The translations under genes and the position numbers were made by a program. A stretch of DNA of 64,000 bases. It comes from Antedon mediterranea (lineage: Eukaryota > Animalia > Echinodermata). Positions 38,901-49,878 of the stretch are shown here, one piece after another. The notes under the pieces were generated by a model. The model did not search any database. It was not told the origin of the DNA and saw only the letters and a program-made list of their open reading frames with translations. Position 1 is the first letter of the stretch. The number at the start of each line of letters is the position of its first letter. Location of the stretch: NCBI RefSeq assembly GCF_964355755.1, contig NC_092680.1:3534001-3598000 (forward strand), in the 5' to 3' direction.

Positions 38901-41900
38901 GTATACTTGATACTGTATAGTATATGCTTGAATTTGATTGGTTAATTTTGTATCAAGTAGCATGCATTATCTCAAATACTATTGCAGCTTTGATTTTTAT
39001 ACAATTTTGCGAATTTTGTTCAGTAATCAAAATCCAACCCTATGTGGTTTATAACTGCTATATCTTGCAGCCAAAACCCAAGCACTTCCATTTTGTGGTT
39101 TCCTTTGTTTGGCAATGTAAAGGTTGCGCATCATTTAATAATTTACTGTATCTGTATGATATTGTACACACCAGGGTTTTATTAGTTAAGTGTATAAATC
39201 TGATTATAGATCTTGAATATTTGTAACTAAAAATTATAATATTATTTGATAATAAAATTTTTGCAAGTCATTACCGTAATGAAAACATACCTTGTATGAT
39301 GCCAAGTTCGACTAGTAACTCTGTTGTCGTGGCAACTATGCATATAAACACTAGTAATAATACGGCCACCTGGATGATGATACTGTTCATTATATTCTCT
39401 AAAGCCGATTGCTTCCTATAAAAAGAAAAATAGTTTTCATGAATAATTGATAATCTTGCTTGCATGTTGGTGTAAACAAATTTCAATAAAACCCCTGCCA
39501 TTACCCAAAGATCAGTTTGTTATACCATTTGTGTAGAGGGGAAATATTCAAGTTATATCTCGCTCTTCAAGGAGCGTAAGCTATTGTCGGTTCATCCAGG
39601 TAACTTGGCACGAAATAGACTCATGAATAACTAATAATCTTGCTTGCATTTTGGTGTAAACAAACATGAACAAACCACTACTGTTACAAAGATCAGTTTG
39701 TTATACCATTTGTGTAGAGGGGTAATATTTAAGTTATATCTCGCTCTTCAAGGATATAGGATATAGGCTATTGTTGGTTTATCCAGGTAATTTGGCCTGA
39801 AATAGACTTTATTATACCAACTAATTTTAACATGAATGTTGATAAACAAATTACTATGTCTGTCCAAATCTAGATTTTATTATTGTACAATAATAAAATC
39901 TAGATTTTTATAGCATTACGAAACATTCTAATCTTGATTTGATTTGCAATGCAAACAGTACATTTGATAAAGGGCTTTAACAACCTACAACCACCCCTTT
40001 CCCCCCCCCCCCCTTCCCCTATTAAAATCTCTCTCAGCTCACTCATATAGTCACAAATAATAATTGAGATATTAAACAAAACACAAATAACTGGCCAAAT
40101 TAACTTGTAAATGTAAATATATTCAAAATATTAAAATTACAATCTGTCTATGAAATTAATATGTCCTTTTGTTAAAATATTTCATAAATATTCTTTACAT
40201 ATTATAATTATTACAGTATATTATTGTTGTTTCATTATTATGTTGTTGTTAAATTAATTAAATTTAACGTTGTATTGAATTAAATATTACTAGATTAATA
40301 TTCACATTGTCAATACAAACAACATTTTTTTTACTTTTATGTTTTACAAATTGTATATAATATTTTTAATCTATAGGCCTATGCTTCTATACTTGTGAGT
40401 CACATAGAGTGCTATTGTCTCTTTAGACGCCCTGAAGTTTATGTAAAATACATAAATTTCTATGTTTTTTAATAAATGATACTTGACTTGAAAAATAAAT
40501 GTTCTTGAAAGTATAAGTCTGAATCAATGTAATTTCTAATGCTTTGTTCTTTCTGTATCTATATCAAGGGAATTAATGAAGTCACTTTATTAGTAAAATA
40601 AAGAGAAAGCCACAGGGTCACTCCACCTTAATGTGGCTTAGGATGAATTTAATTAAGATCTGTCTGGAACAATGAACAAGAATATAAGAAATGTCTTTGT
40701 TAACACCTGCCTGTGTGTCTGATACCTCCATGATCATGATCATGGAGAAAATATATAAACTAGAAATATATACAGATCTCCGTGGTTTGATGTAGTTATA
40801 AAAGGATATACAGTTTTTTTTATATTAACTCATTCATTTATAAAAACATTCAGACTGAAATTACTGCATCAAAATTCAATATATAAACTTTATATATGTC
40901 AATGTTTCAAGAATGCACATACAATGGAATGCCTTGTTGCATTGACGTTATATATTTAAATTTTTTTTTATGTGCTATGAGCTCTTAGATTAAGATTTTT
41001 TTTCTCTCTTTTTCTATGGATATGTTATGTCACCATGATATTCCGAAATAAAAAGATGAATGAATGAATATATAACTTGAATTTTACGTTTCTGGTGTTT
41101 TTATTCAACTACAATTATCCACTGAATTTTTTCACTTTCTAGGGAGTCACTGGATATGGTATTACACTGGTAAAACTACCTTAACTACTGAAAAACAGAA
41201 TTTGGCCAGAAGATGATTTTTCATAAATTTTGTTTCAATTTACTTTCAATCAAACAATTTAATAAAATATTGTATAATATCTTTTTTGGAGGACAAAGCT
41301 GTGACGTATTGTGTCTTTCCGACACAATTTATATCCTGTATTATTACCATAGTGTCGTGTAAATAAATAATTTTAAAATTCTGAAAAATAAAACAAGTGT
41401 AATTATGAAATAAATCTTTCTTTGTCTGACTCAAAAGACTATATCCCGAATCTCATTCTTGTTACTCCGTTTTCTTGGTATTGGTAACTAAAGAACAAAT
41501 TGCATATACTAATATTTATTCAACAAAACAAACAGACACTAAGGGCATTCACAAGAAAACCTATTAAAGAAGAATTACACAAGTTTATATACTTTACTCT
41601 ATGCTTTATTGATTTTAATTCTAATTTCAATGTCAACCACCTTACACAGTGTTACATGTACTGTACAAGGCAATGACCCAAATGAACATATTTTGATATA
41701 GATATAAAACATTTTAGGAATAATATTATTTAAAAATTATTAACCATTTAATTATAATTATTTTTTGTAGTAAAAATGTTCAATGTATGTCTTTTGTTTG
41801 TCGCACATCTGTCACAAATTGTGCAACAGAGAAAAAAAAGATATAATTGATAGTTATTACAGAAGGCATAACTTTAATTTGTGTTTTTTTATCAAAGTTG

Positions 41901-44900
41901 TAATTTTATGATTAAGTGTATTTTATTTTTCAGAATAAGTTCAACTATGAGTTTCACCTCCATTATGTTGATATATTACAGTACCTGTAAAGGTGGTACT
42001 GTACAACAAAAACATTTTTGTTTTCTATTATTCCTCTGCTAAAGGCAAAATGTATGTTTTTGTTTTCTTACTTTATAATACATATATACTGTAATTCAAA
42101 GCAAAACGATGATATTGATTATTAATACAGTGATGTGCTGTAATACTACACAACAGTGTTAATTATGATAATTAATGTAATTTTCACAAACAAGCTGTTC
42201 TTTTAATTTAAATAATACTTATTCAGTAGTTGACATAATGAATACAGTCTTGGTATGGTGTCTGTTACGGAGACAACAAATACATAAGACTGACTTCATT
42301 TATATGCATTTTCAAATTGAAACATACGGCAATGTGATCAAACATTTAAATTATAAAATATATAATTTAAATTATAATTTATGGGGTTTTTAATTAATAG
42401 AAAACAAAAATTCACAACTTTATGTTAAAATAGAGTTCGAGTTAAAATAACGATTGTGAGGCATTTGATAATGTAAATAGGCAAACTGCCTTAAAATGTG
42501 TCATGTTTCGAGAAACTATTCTCATCATCAGAACAGAAAACAACGCCTAGAGTACTTATATACCAATATTAATACTAATACTAAAATGTACAGCACTGAC
42601 AAACGATTAGTTTTTCCCATAAGCTAAGCACTTCTTTTTGATTAGTTTATTCTGGCATATGACTGCATCATAGTCGCTATATACTTGAACTCTACAGAAG
42701 AAACTGCAAGTTACGAACAATACAACGTAGAAAGATGCCAAGGGAATAAAGATAACATTAGTTTATTTGCGGCCTAGCCTGGCAGAGAGGTTTCCAATCT
42801 TCTACATTTAATAGTTGTTAAAAATGAAAGCTAGATAAAAAGAAGTTTCCTAAATGGATCATAACTTTCTCTTTAAAACTTTCCAATAAATTATATGGAA
42901 AATCTATAAAAAAAACGGATTTCTAAAAAAAAAATATTCTTCTCTGTCGGGAAAGTTCCTTAAAAAGTAGTAATCAGTACTAATACCCAATTCACATGTA
43001 AACATAAATGTAATTATATACAAACAATCTCCTAAGATAATCTTACCGAGTTTAAATGCTATATTTATCAACTATGTAGTCCGTCACGGTGTAAAGTAAA
43101 TGCTGTGTAAAAACTCATTAGTAAGATACACGTATTGGTATACTGCAGTTTACATTGATGTTACATCGATGTAATGGGGCTTGTTGATTGCAGACTTGCG
43201 TTTCAAGCAAAGGCTTGTTTAGGGACCCTACAGTAAGTGGCCCTCCAATGCTTGGGGTGTTTTTAGCCTTTTAGATATATTTTAATGCCTGTTTGTTCCT
43301 TTGGGCCCCCATAAGTGCCAGAGTCCCCAGGGTTTAGACAGTCAGCGCTCATAGCCTTTAGGCCACTGATTCTAAGATTTTACATTGAAAACACTTTCAC
43401 ACATTTGTATCAAAGGTAACAATTTATCATTTTTGTACTGTCAATTGGGTAAAAGTGATTTGATACATTAAGTATAATTGTGAATGTACAAAAGTATATA
43501 CTCTGTCTACACTATAATCAAACTAGTTGGACAAAACAAAGTGTGATGTATACCAAAATATGGTAGTCATGTGCCCAAATATTGTAGTGATATGCCCAAA
43601 TATAGTAGTGATATGCCCAAATAAGGTAGTGATATGATATCATCGTAAATATGGTAGTGATAATGCCCAAATAAGGTAGTGATATGTTAATATTTGGGCA
43701 CATTACATTTTTTTGTAACATAAAGTTTGACAGTGTAGACAGAGCTTAAAAAATCGCTGATAATTTCCAAAACGTCTTTCAATCAGTAAATCACCTGCCA
43801 GTCACCCCAAACCACCTCTTTATATCAGGGAATTGTACTCCGTTTATATCCATATAACCAAGATCTAGCCACCCACTCTTAATATAGCAACGCCTTACTG
43901 TAACCATTCAGCAACTACTGTACTGTACTACATTATTAATATCAGTAATTGGAATGTGCCATTTAAAAAAACTGCACCTGAACGTTTTTGTTATTCATTC
44001 TGCTTCGCGGACATCATAAATAATTTGTCATGTATAACAGAGATTAGCTTCCTGTACGGCAGATGAAACCATTGATTTTATCATTCCATTTCTCTTTGAA
44101 AAGAAAAGCTATTAACTCGATATTAAATATTTAATTATTGAAAACAAAAATAGAAAAAATAACGTTATATCTTTGCACATGTTATCCAGGGAAATTTAAA
44201 ATACAGTAAATATCAAAGCTTCTGAAATAATACAGAACAGTTTAAAATGAATATAATGAATGGCTATACAGTAGTACTGTAAGATACAGTGGAGTGGAGC
44301 TGTGGCTTGGTGGTTATGATGCTTGGCTACCAATCTAAGGGTCCTGGGTTCAAGTCCTGTCATATGTCAGGGTTTTTTTTCTCATGACAATTTACAACTC
44401 CACTCCACTCCACTTTATGTAGAGCATCTTGTGTATATGTTTGTCTTGTGAAATTTTAAATAGTTTATCCATCCTGTAATTGGCGGGTTACTCGCTGTTG
44501 GATGAGTATGAAATAAATAAATAAATAAATAACCCCTACATAATAAGGACACAACAAAGTATCCCCTTAACAGGGATTGATGGTATGTAAAATGTATTTA
44601 ATTTTTCCTTCGTTTCTCAGAAAATATTGCCTACTGAAATAGGGGTTTCACCTGAATAGGGATCCTCTGAATAAGGGTATCCTCCGAATTATTATTATTA
44701 TAGGGATATCCCCTGAATACTGTAGGGGTATACCCTGAATAGGGATATCCCCTGAATACTGTAGGGGTATACCCTGAATAGGGATATCCCCTGAATACTA
44801 AAGGGACATCCCCTGAATACTGTAGGGACATCCCCTGAATAGGGATATCCTCTGAATAGAGGTATCCCATGAATTGGGGCATCCTAAAGAGGGTACTGTA

Positions 44901-46666
44901 AGTGTAACAAAAACAAAACACAGTGTTTGATCATTTTTACAACCTACAGTACATTTTGCGATACTTTTTAACCAATTGAAGATTTTTGTAGGCCTTTTAT
45001 CGTATCTGTATGGGATGGAAAATTAAAAAAACTAAATGTCATTTGCATACAAAAATTGTTGTCTAAGAAAAAATACAGTTATTATTCTTTATATATCAAA
45101 CAGAAATATATTTTATGCAAATGAGTTAATTACATATGCAAATGTCTGACAGGTGTTAGTATAATGCCGTATCTATTGGTTACATCTGCTACTTTAAATT
45201 GCAAGCCAAATCCACAAGGTATAGTTACCATGGAAACAAAGTAAGAACAAAATATTGGCAAAGGAGTTGTTGCCAAGTCATGATTTTTACACTTTTTGTT
45301 CGTATTAATTATTTTTGAAGTGGACATTCTAAATATACAGACTGTACAACGGTCAATTTTCTTCTGCAAATGGACTTCTTAATTGCAAATTATATGTGAT
45401 AGGAGATGTGGTCATTTTTACCATCCACATTTTAGCTAAGGAAAACAATTTATACCATTTTCAAATTGAAAATGTTTATATTTTCCCCAAAAACATGAAA
45501 ATTAAGATTAATAAAATCCGCCATTTTGCAGCCTCATATCCCATTTACACTAAGACAATTAGCAATCGACAATAAATATGCATTTTTCAAAATAACAATA
45601 ACAACATTTTTTAACAATAACGTGACAATGCAATTTTAATGTTGTTATAGATCATGACGTCGTTTGATTGGATTAAAAAATATATTTATCGAAGACCGCA
45701 TAATTGATTATCCTTAGTTCTAGAACGAAAACTTTTCTAATTTATTTTGTTTTATGTAAGAAAAATGTATGTTTATCTATTTATCGTTGATAGTTCTTGT
45801 CCTATTAATGTAAATGGGCATTTATTGTAAATGGGCATTTAAACAATTCTTTTATATTTATGTATAAATTTTCACATTTGTCCTTATTTTCACAAAGCTG
45901 TCTTTAAAGTGATTCAATAATAACCACTGATTCGTAATAATCAACAGCAATGTTTTTTTACAGGTAGGCTACCATTCATTCTTCCTGTTTTTAATCTAAA
46001 CTGTTTATTTCAATAATCCACCCAACAATACCAGCAAAAAAATATTTAATAAACTAAACAAAAATAAAATTACTTCATTTATTGAAATACAGTTGAAATA
46101 TTATATGGATTTTATTATTTATCGATGTATATTTTTAAATTATAATATAATGTATTAATACCAATTCCTGTATATGGTGCTATCTATATGTTTATCATCA
46201 TGAACAGAAGTTCATTTGGGGGGGGGGGGGGACTTAATTACTAATTGAAATAATCGGTAAATTTAATTGTTATCATTAATAATAACAATATCGTATAAAA
46301 TAATTTTCTGTTATATAAGCGCCAAAAACCTAACTTGGTAAATCGATAAATCGTTACCTTTTACGTTAGGCCCACCACCACCCTCCCACAAGAACTGAGA
46401 AGGGTCAGGAAGCAGCACCAAGACCGTACTTAATCAACGAAAACTTACCTTGATGGTCCTTCGCCAGGGTCGTGTAGCTGCATATCCATAATTTCACTGC
46501 GGAAGCTCGATAAACTCTTCAGCGGCGACTGGTGGGTTTTCTCGCTGTAAATTAATGAAAAAAGAAACTGATTAATCCGACCGCAAGTGTTCTAAGCTAC
46601 TAGTGGACAGACACCAATAAAAATTCAGCACTAACGCAACAATTAGGCTTACCTTTCACCAGCCAT
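8929..46666 (-). CDS. TMEM266: Voltage-sensing-domain-only protein, Hv1/TMEM266(HVRP1)-like. 11 coding exons: 46653-46666, 46449-46544, 39291-39415, 36397-36482, 32086-32139, 23340-23484, 21897-22012, 18900-19041, 10184-10834, 9529-9695, 8929-8961. 1629 nt, ~542 aa
   Basis: All introns are GT-AG with matching phases. The translation gives S1 [28 protein letters not shown]2 [11 protein letters not shown]2-S3 FFKSKLEIFD, S3 AFILDLV, S4 [14 protein letters not shown], a coiled coil ...[12 protein letters not shown] and a long Ser-rich tail. The family is recognised from memory of Hv1/TMEM266; orthology (TMEM266 vs HVCN1) is unresolved. Confidence 0.85.
9529..9695 (-). CDS. VSD gene exon 10 (SSKSSLHL...[32 protein letters not shown])
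   Basis: cttaacag| ... CTG|gtgagt, phase 1-0; acidic helical segment. Confidence 0.8.
10184..10834 (-). CDS. VSD gene exon 9, Ser-rich cytoplasmic tail
   Basis: tttttag| 651 nt open frame (contains ORF 10143..10736) |gtaaga, phase 1-1, higher GC than the flanks. Confidence 0.85.
14340..14965. repeat. Purine-rich complex tandem repeat (GATTGGAGGAAAATGG / GAATAGATAACAAGGAAAGATA / TTTGCAAGAAAAGAAGGCATGAAAATAA modules)
   Basis: Modules recur 4-6 times; source of the spurious ORFs 14264..15066. Confidence 0.85.
16645..16936. mobile_element. MITE family K1
   Basis: ATGTATTGTCCCCC ... GGGACAATACATCT|ttaa. Confidence 0.75.
18900..19041 (-). CDS. VSD gene exon 8, end of coiled coil
   Basis: tttttcag| [19 protein letters not shown]...RYNGPVLS |gtatgt; resembles the Hv1/TMEM266 EIxxLxxxLxQ segment. 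Confidence 0.88.
19184..19445. mobile_element. MITE family H1 (Harbinger-like), long variant
   Basis: TIR AGCTCTGTCTACACTATCAA; internal 21-bp repeat ATATGGTAGTGATATGCCCAA; extra ~75-bp segment shared with the 34268-34478 copy. Confidence 0.8.
19450..20302 (-). mobile_element. Internally deleted PIF/Harbinger element with a Myb/SANT (trihelix) ORF relic
   Basis: TIRs GGGCCTGTTTCTAT...ATAGAAACAGGCCC and subterminal AAACCG/CGGTTT repeats. Peptide [20 protein letters not shown] (19545..19769) matches the [12 protein letters not shown] end of Harbinger Myb/SANT proteins. Confidence 0.75.
21897..22012 (-). CDS. VSD gene exon 7, coiled coil
   Basis: tttttcag| (S)[38 protein letters not shown] |gtaag, phase 1-0. 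This is a different frame from the listed ORF 21893..22195. Confidence 0.85.
22172..22505. mobile_element. MITE family K1, reverse orientation
   Basis: ttaa|AGATGTATTGTC ... GACAATACATCT|ttaa; TTAA TSD with AG..CT termini. Confidence 0.82.
23340..23484 (-). CDS. VSD gene exon 6, S3-S4
   Basis: ctttatag| [48 protein letters not shown] |gtaagt. Confidence 0.92.
23808..24164. mobile_element. MITE with ~35-bp TIRs, superfamily unassigned
   Basis: tata|GAGTATCACGGTG.TGACGTCAC ... GTGACGTCACACCGTGATACTC|tata; inner inverted AATGCGTTCAGC / GCTGAACGCGTT. Confidence 0.8.
24200..24460 (+). mobile_element. Penelope-like retroelement reverse-transcriptase fragment (frameshifted)
   Basis: Translates to ...VWCKR../[22 protein letters not shown]../IGLYRDDG, the PLE RT motif region. 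Confidence 0.8.
26474..26607. mobile_element. MITE family H1
   Basis: AGCTCTGTCCACACTATCAAACT ... AGTTTGATAGTGTAGACA. Confidence 0.78.
32086..32139 (-). CDS. VSD gene exon 5, S2-S3 linker
   Basis: ttacag| [18 protein letters not shown] |gtaagt, phase 0-0. Confidence 0.9.
33245..33363. mobile_element. Short Helentron/DINE-like dispersed element
   Basis: AACAAGGCC...GTCGCGTGCT...(ACCG)n...TAGAG...ACTAAAAAT; homolog at 56381-56496. Confidence 0.55.
34268..34478. mobile_element. MITE family H1, long variant, one end missing
   Basis: Right TIR GATAGTGTAGACAGAGCT; reverse-complement match to 19184-19445. Confidence 0.72.
35995..36362. repeat. Pyrimidine-rich 18-bp minisatellite (CCAATCCTTTCCTCCTCC)
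   Basis: Direct inspection; lies just downstream of the exon-4 donor on the coding strand. Confidence 0.88.
36397..36482 (-). CDS. VSD gene exon 4, S2 helix
   Basis: cttttag| ... GAA|gtaagt; [28 protein letters not shown] contains the FxxE charge-transfer centre. Confidence 0.9.
37773..38397. mobile_element. Non-autonomous TTAA-targeting DNA transposon (Kolobok-like), family K2
   Basis: ttaa|AGACCCCTTCCCTGC ... GTAGGGAAGGGGGCT|ttaa; CpG-rich interior. Confidence 0.78.
38421..38730. mobile_element. MITE family K1
   Basis: ttaa|AGATGTATTGTCCCCC ... GGGGGACAA. Confidence 0.75.
39291..39415 (-). CDS. VSD gene exon 3, S1 helix
   Basis: tttttatag| ... CAAG|gtatgt; [41 protein letters not shown] aligns to Hv1 S1. 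Confidence 0.9.
39440..39808. repeat. Tandem duplication, ~184-bp unit x2
   Basis: TAATCTTGCTTGCAT...AAAGATCAGTTTGTTATACCATTTGTGTAGAGGGG...AAATAGAC occurs twice. Confidence 0.85.
43500..43746. mobile_element. MITE family H1 with an expanded internal 21-bp repeat (~6 units)
   Basis: TIRs plus tandem CCCAAATAxGGTAGTGATATG. Confidence 0.8.
44294..44530 (+). mobile_element. tRNA-derived SINE
   Basis: A box TGGCTTGGTGG, B box GGTTCAAGTCC, tRNA-length head, (AAAT)n tail. Confidence 0.75.
44630..44900. repeat. Minisatellite (GAATAGGGATATCCCCT / GAATACTGTAGGGGTATACCCT) inside a CAGT-terminated Tc1/pogo-type MITE
   Basis: Visible tandem units of ~17-22 bp forming a ~39-bp composite; element ends AGAGGGTACTG|ta. 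Confidence 0.7.
45224..45237. promoter_or_regulatory. Candidate RFX X-box in intron 2 of the VSD gene
   Basis: GTTACCATGGAAAC is a full match to GTTNCCATGGNAAC, ~1.4 kb downstream of the ATG. Confidence 0.4.
45538..45822. mobile_element. Degenerate MITE
   Basis: CCCATTTACACTAA.ACAA ... TTGTCCTATTAATGTAAATGGG inverted ends. Confidence 0.5.
46449..46544 (-). CDS. VSD gene exon 2 ([31 protein letters not shown])
   Basis: ttacag| acceptor and AAG|gtaagt donor, 96 nt open, phase 2-2. Confidence 0.72.
46653..46666 (-). CDS. VSD gene exon 1 (ATG; MAGE-)
   Basis: gaagATGGCTGGTGAAAG|gtaagc: good start context and donor, phase 2 matches the next exon. Confidence 0.65.
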
Positions 46667-47557
46667 CTTCGCTTCCTATTCGTAAACAATAATCAATTTT
46701 GCCTCTACTTATGACAACATAAAGAGGGCGCTATTTCAACATACAATTTATTCTTTCATTTCAGAAGATACCTATTTTTAGTACAGTATATAAAAAGTAT
46801 GTTGTCCGATTGGCTGTTAATCGTCGCCTACCGATATAATAAATTAAGAAATGTTTGTTTGTTGTCCCAGGCTTATGTCTGTTTTTATTAAATAAAATAT
46901 GTTATTTATAATTTGTAGGTATACTTACGTTTTTCGTGATTAGATACAAATAATGCAAGACAAAAGTCATAATGAGAAAACGGTGATGCCTGGAATCAAC
47001 AAATCAGCTTTAATACATTCGACGAGGAAATCAATTTAAAGATAGTGTTCTTCCTCTGTTGTTGAATAATGTTCTTTAATGTCACATAATAGTTATTCAC
47101 TTTGACAACAAAAATTGGATCCTGACAAAACCGTAGTATTAATGGAAAAAAGTCAACTTAAAGTTAATGGCTTTTTGGAAAAATAAAAATAAACATTATT
47201 TATTTTCCATTAAAAAAAAAAGAAATCCGTGAAGATTCGAACTCAAGCTAGAGCTGGCTTACTAATCGCTATCCTTCAGTTTACTTCAATCGTTTTTTAA
47301 GACTGTTCTGAACAGTGAAACTCACCTTTTTAAAGTTTTTGTCTCTTAGTTTTCCGCTTTTTATATCTTGCCTAATGCGCTCTATAAGCCCCATTTATTA
47401 TTATCATTAATTTTACATGTTAAGCCGAAACGTACATGACTGAACAGCTGAAAGTTGTCATTTTATACGTACTTTATCTCTACGTCATAAATATGCATAT
47501 TTATTACCGTCATCTTGGGGAAACAAAAGCTTGTATTAACCTATTTATAAACAATAT

Positions 47558-47625
47558 GACGGGTTAGCTCAGTCGACTGACTTAGTAGCATGAATATCGT
47601 GGGTTCAAACCCCACGCTGGTCGTG
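47558..47625 (+). pseudogene. Degenerate tRNA-like sequence (SINE head or tRNA pseudogene)
   Basis: TAGCTCAGTCG A box and GGTTCAAACCC B box, but no intact cloverleaf. Confidence 0.45.
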
Positions 47626-49878
47626 GTGGAATAGAGTTAAAGCTATGCGAGCTATTGTGTTTGGGGTTCACAGAATTATACGTCCCCTGTTCCACCACAC
47701 ATCATGAGACAGCAATAGCAATGCATCTGATGATGGTGGAAACGACCCCAAGGCTGTGGCAAGGAGAGCACACCATAACATATTTTTCCCCACTGTAGCT
47801 TCGCCACCTATATTCGATCTCGCAATGTTATGTTTTCCGCCCTCAATTTTAAAAACACCCGAGTTATTCGGTAAATCGCGCGTTATTTCTAGAATGTTTA
47901 CTCGATGGTATATAAAGTTGGTTAGAATCTCGGTACTGATTTTAACCACCTGATGTAACCCTGTGTACTAATTAAATTTAGTTAGATAATTACTTATTGA
48001 CAATTAAAACGAATTTAGGTTCAACGATTTGCTCCAAATAGGGGTGTTTTCCGATCGTGGTATACACTGTCTAATGGATGTCCTCATGAAAAATACCTGC
48101 ACAAAATAATACGAGGATACTTCGCATTTTCCTATCTCCTCCTAGGATAATTGTTTTTAATAGCTGAAAACCGGTTGAACAGCTCGAGTACAGTATCATA
48201 ATGTTGAAGACAGGCCGATTTTCTTTAAAAAATACTATTTTGATAGATTTAATATACATTTATACAAATGTATTGATTTGCGATGAATGGAACATTCCAA
48301 TCTCTCAGACTCCCAGTTTGTAGGTAGATTTATGAACCCTTGGTTTAACACAAGTAGGTAAATTTATGGGCCCTTTGAGAATAAAACTTATATAATAGTG
48401 TTGCAATACTTTGACAATATTGTAAATACAGTACGTATTAACCATTTTTGGTCGCCATTTGAATCGAAATTGTTACTGTTAGATAAACAAAATATACAAA
48501 GAACATTTATTACTGTAACCGTGGGTAGATTACTGACAGCTGCTTCTCAACGTTTGTATTAATTAATAATTATGAAAAATCTAAACGTCGTAGTGGTGTA
48601 TCGTTACATGTACTATTTCAATCGACTATAACAGGGACAGTTTTAAAAAAGTATTATAAATCGTAAATGTTTTACTGTGTTTAGTGGTATATTGATAGGC
48701 CTATAAAACATTTAAAACAATATTTCGTTACTGAGTGGCTAGAGAATATATTTAAAAATTGTTCTTCCCATCTTCTTCCCCATCCCTCAAATCTACTGCT
48801 ATATACAAAACATAAATTGGGTTTGTTTAAATGAGTTCAAATAAAAAAATTGGACTCATTTTTAAGATAAGGCCTAATTCCTAGGGTGCTAATTTTACAT
48901 AAATCCTCGTGTCTAATTATTCGTTTCTGTAAACGACAATGTACTATAGTCCTGCGATACGTACATTTTTTTATATTGAAATGAATGTGTATTCGAGAAC
49001 CATCTGTGGACACGACCATCTAGTAGATATAAATGAATTAATCCGCCACCGAGCTGGACTTTATGAAGCCGAGTTTTTTAAGTAGCGAAATTCCAACCTA
49101 AAACGTTGAAGTCGCATCTGGATAGTTGACATTCTAAAACCATAATTATTGCAAGTCAGTTTATAGCCTCTCTATACGAACACACACGAACATTATAGAA
49201 TAATGACAACTGTCAAAAGTACGTTTTAAATCAATTTTTATCGTCTTTTTATCGCCATTTTGTTACTTATTTTATATATTTAAATTACTTTAAAAAATGT
49301 AAAGCAACGAATGCAAATATGGTTTTAAAAACATCAAAATCAATCATTTTATGTATAATTTATACAGAAAATACTACTTTTAACATTGTTACATATAAAC
49401 GAGAGAAAAAAATATTCTTAAAAAATATATTTATAACAGAGTATGATAATAAAAATGGGACGAACCTACACAAGGCAAAACAATTATTACAATGATGACA
49501 ATTAGTAGGCTAGTAATTGGGCTTTTGTTGTGTGGCTCGCGCTGTTTCAAAATTTGTTCTGTTAAATAACCGTTATGACTCGCATGATGTCTTGCTGGCT
49601 CGCAATTTGGCAACACTTACCATTGCAGGGCTGGTCCTGGAGACTTTTATATATTTTGTTATATGTCAGTATAAGTGCAATTTCCGGGAACCTAGCAGCT
49701 CTATTTTTCAACATTGTCTTTTTCGCCTCTGTAATGTAAGCCATAATATATAACAAAGACATAGATTTAATTTTATTGTGTTTATTGTATTCTTCTTGAA
49801 TATTTTATTCAACAAACGAACAAAAAATTATCTGGGAATTAACAATGTATAATTACAGTATCATAACCCATCATAATA

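Noticed and set aside
44631-44921. ORF with [13 protein letters not shown] repeats
   Set aside because: Minisatellite translation inside a MITE.
47668-47953. Overlapping 93-aa and 65-aa ORFs between the two genes
   Set aside because: No recognisable motif or consistent splice partners; adjacent to a tRNA-like SINE head, so probably repeat-derived.
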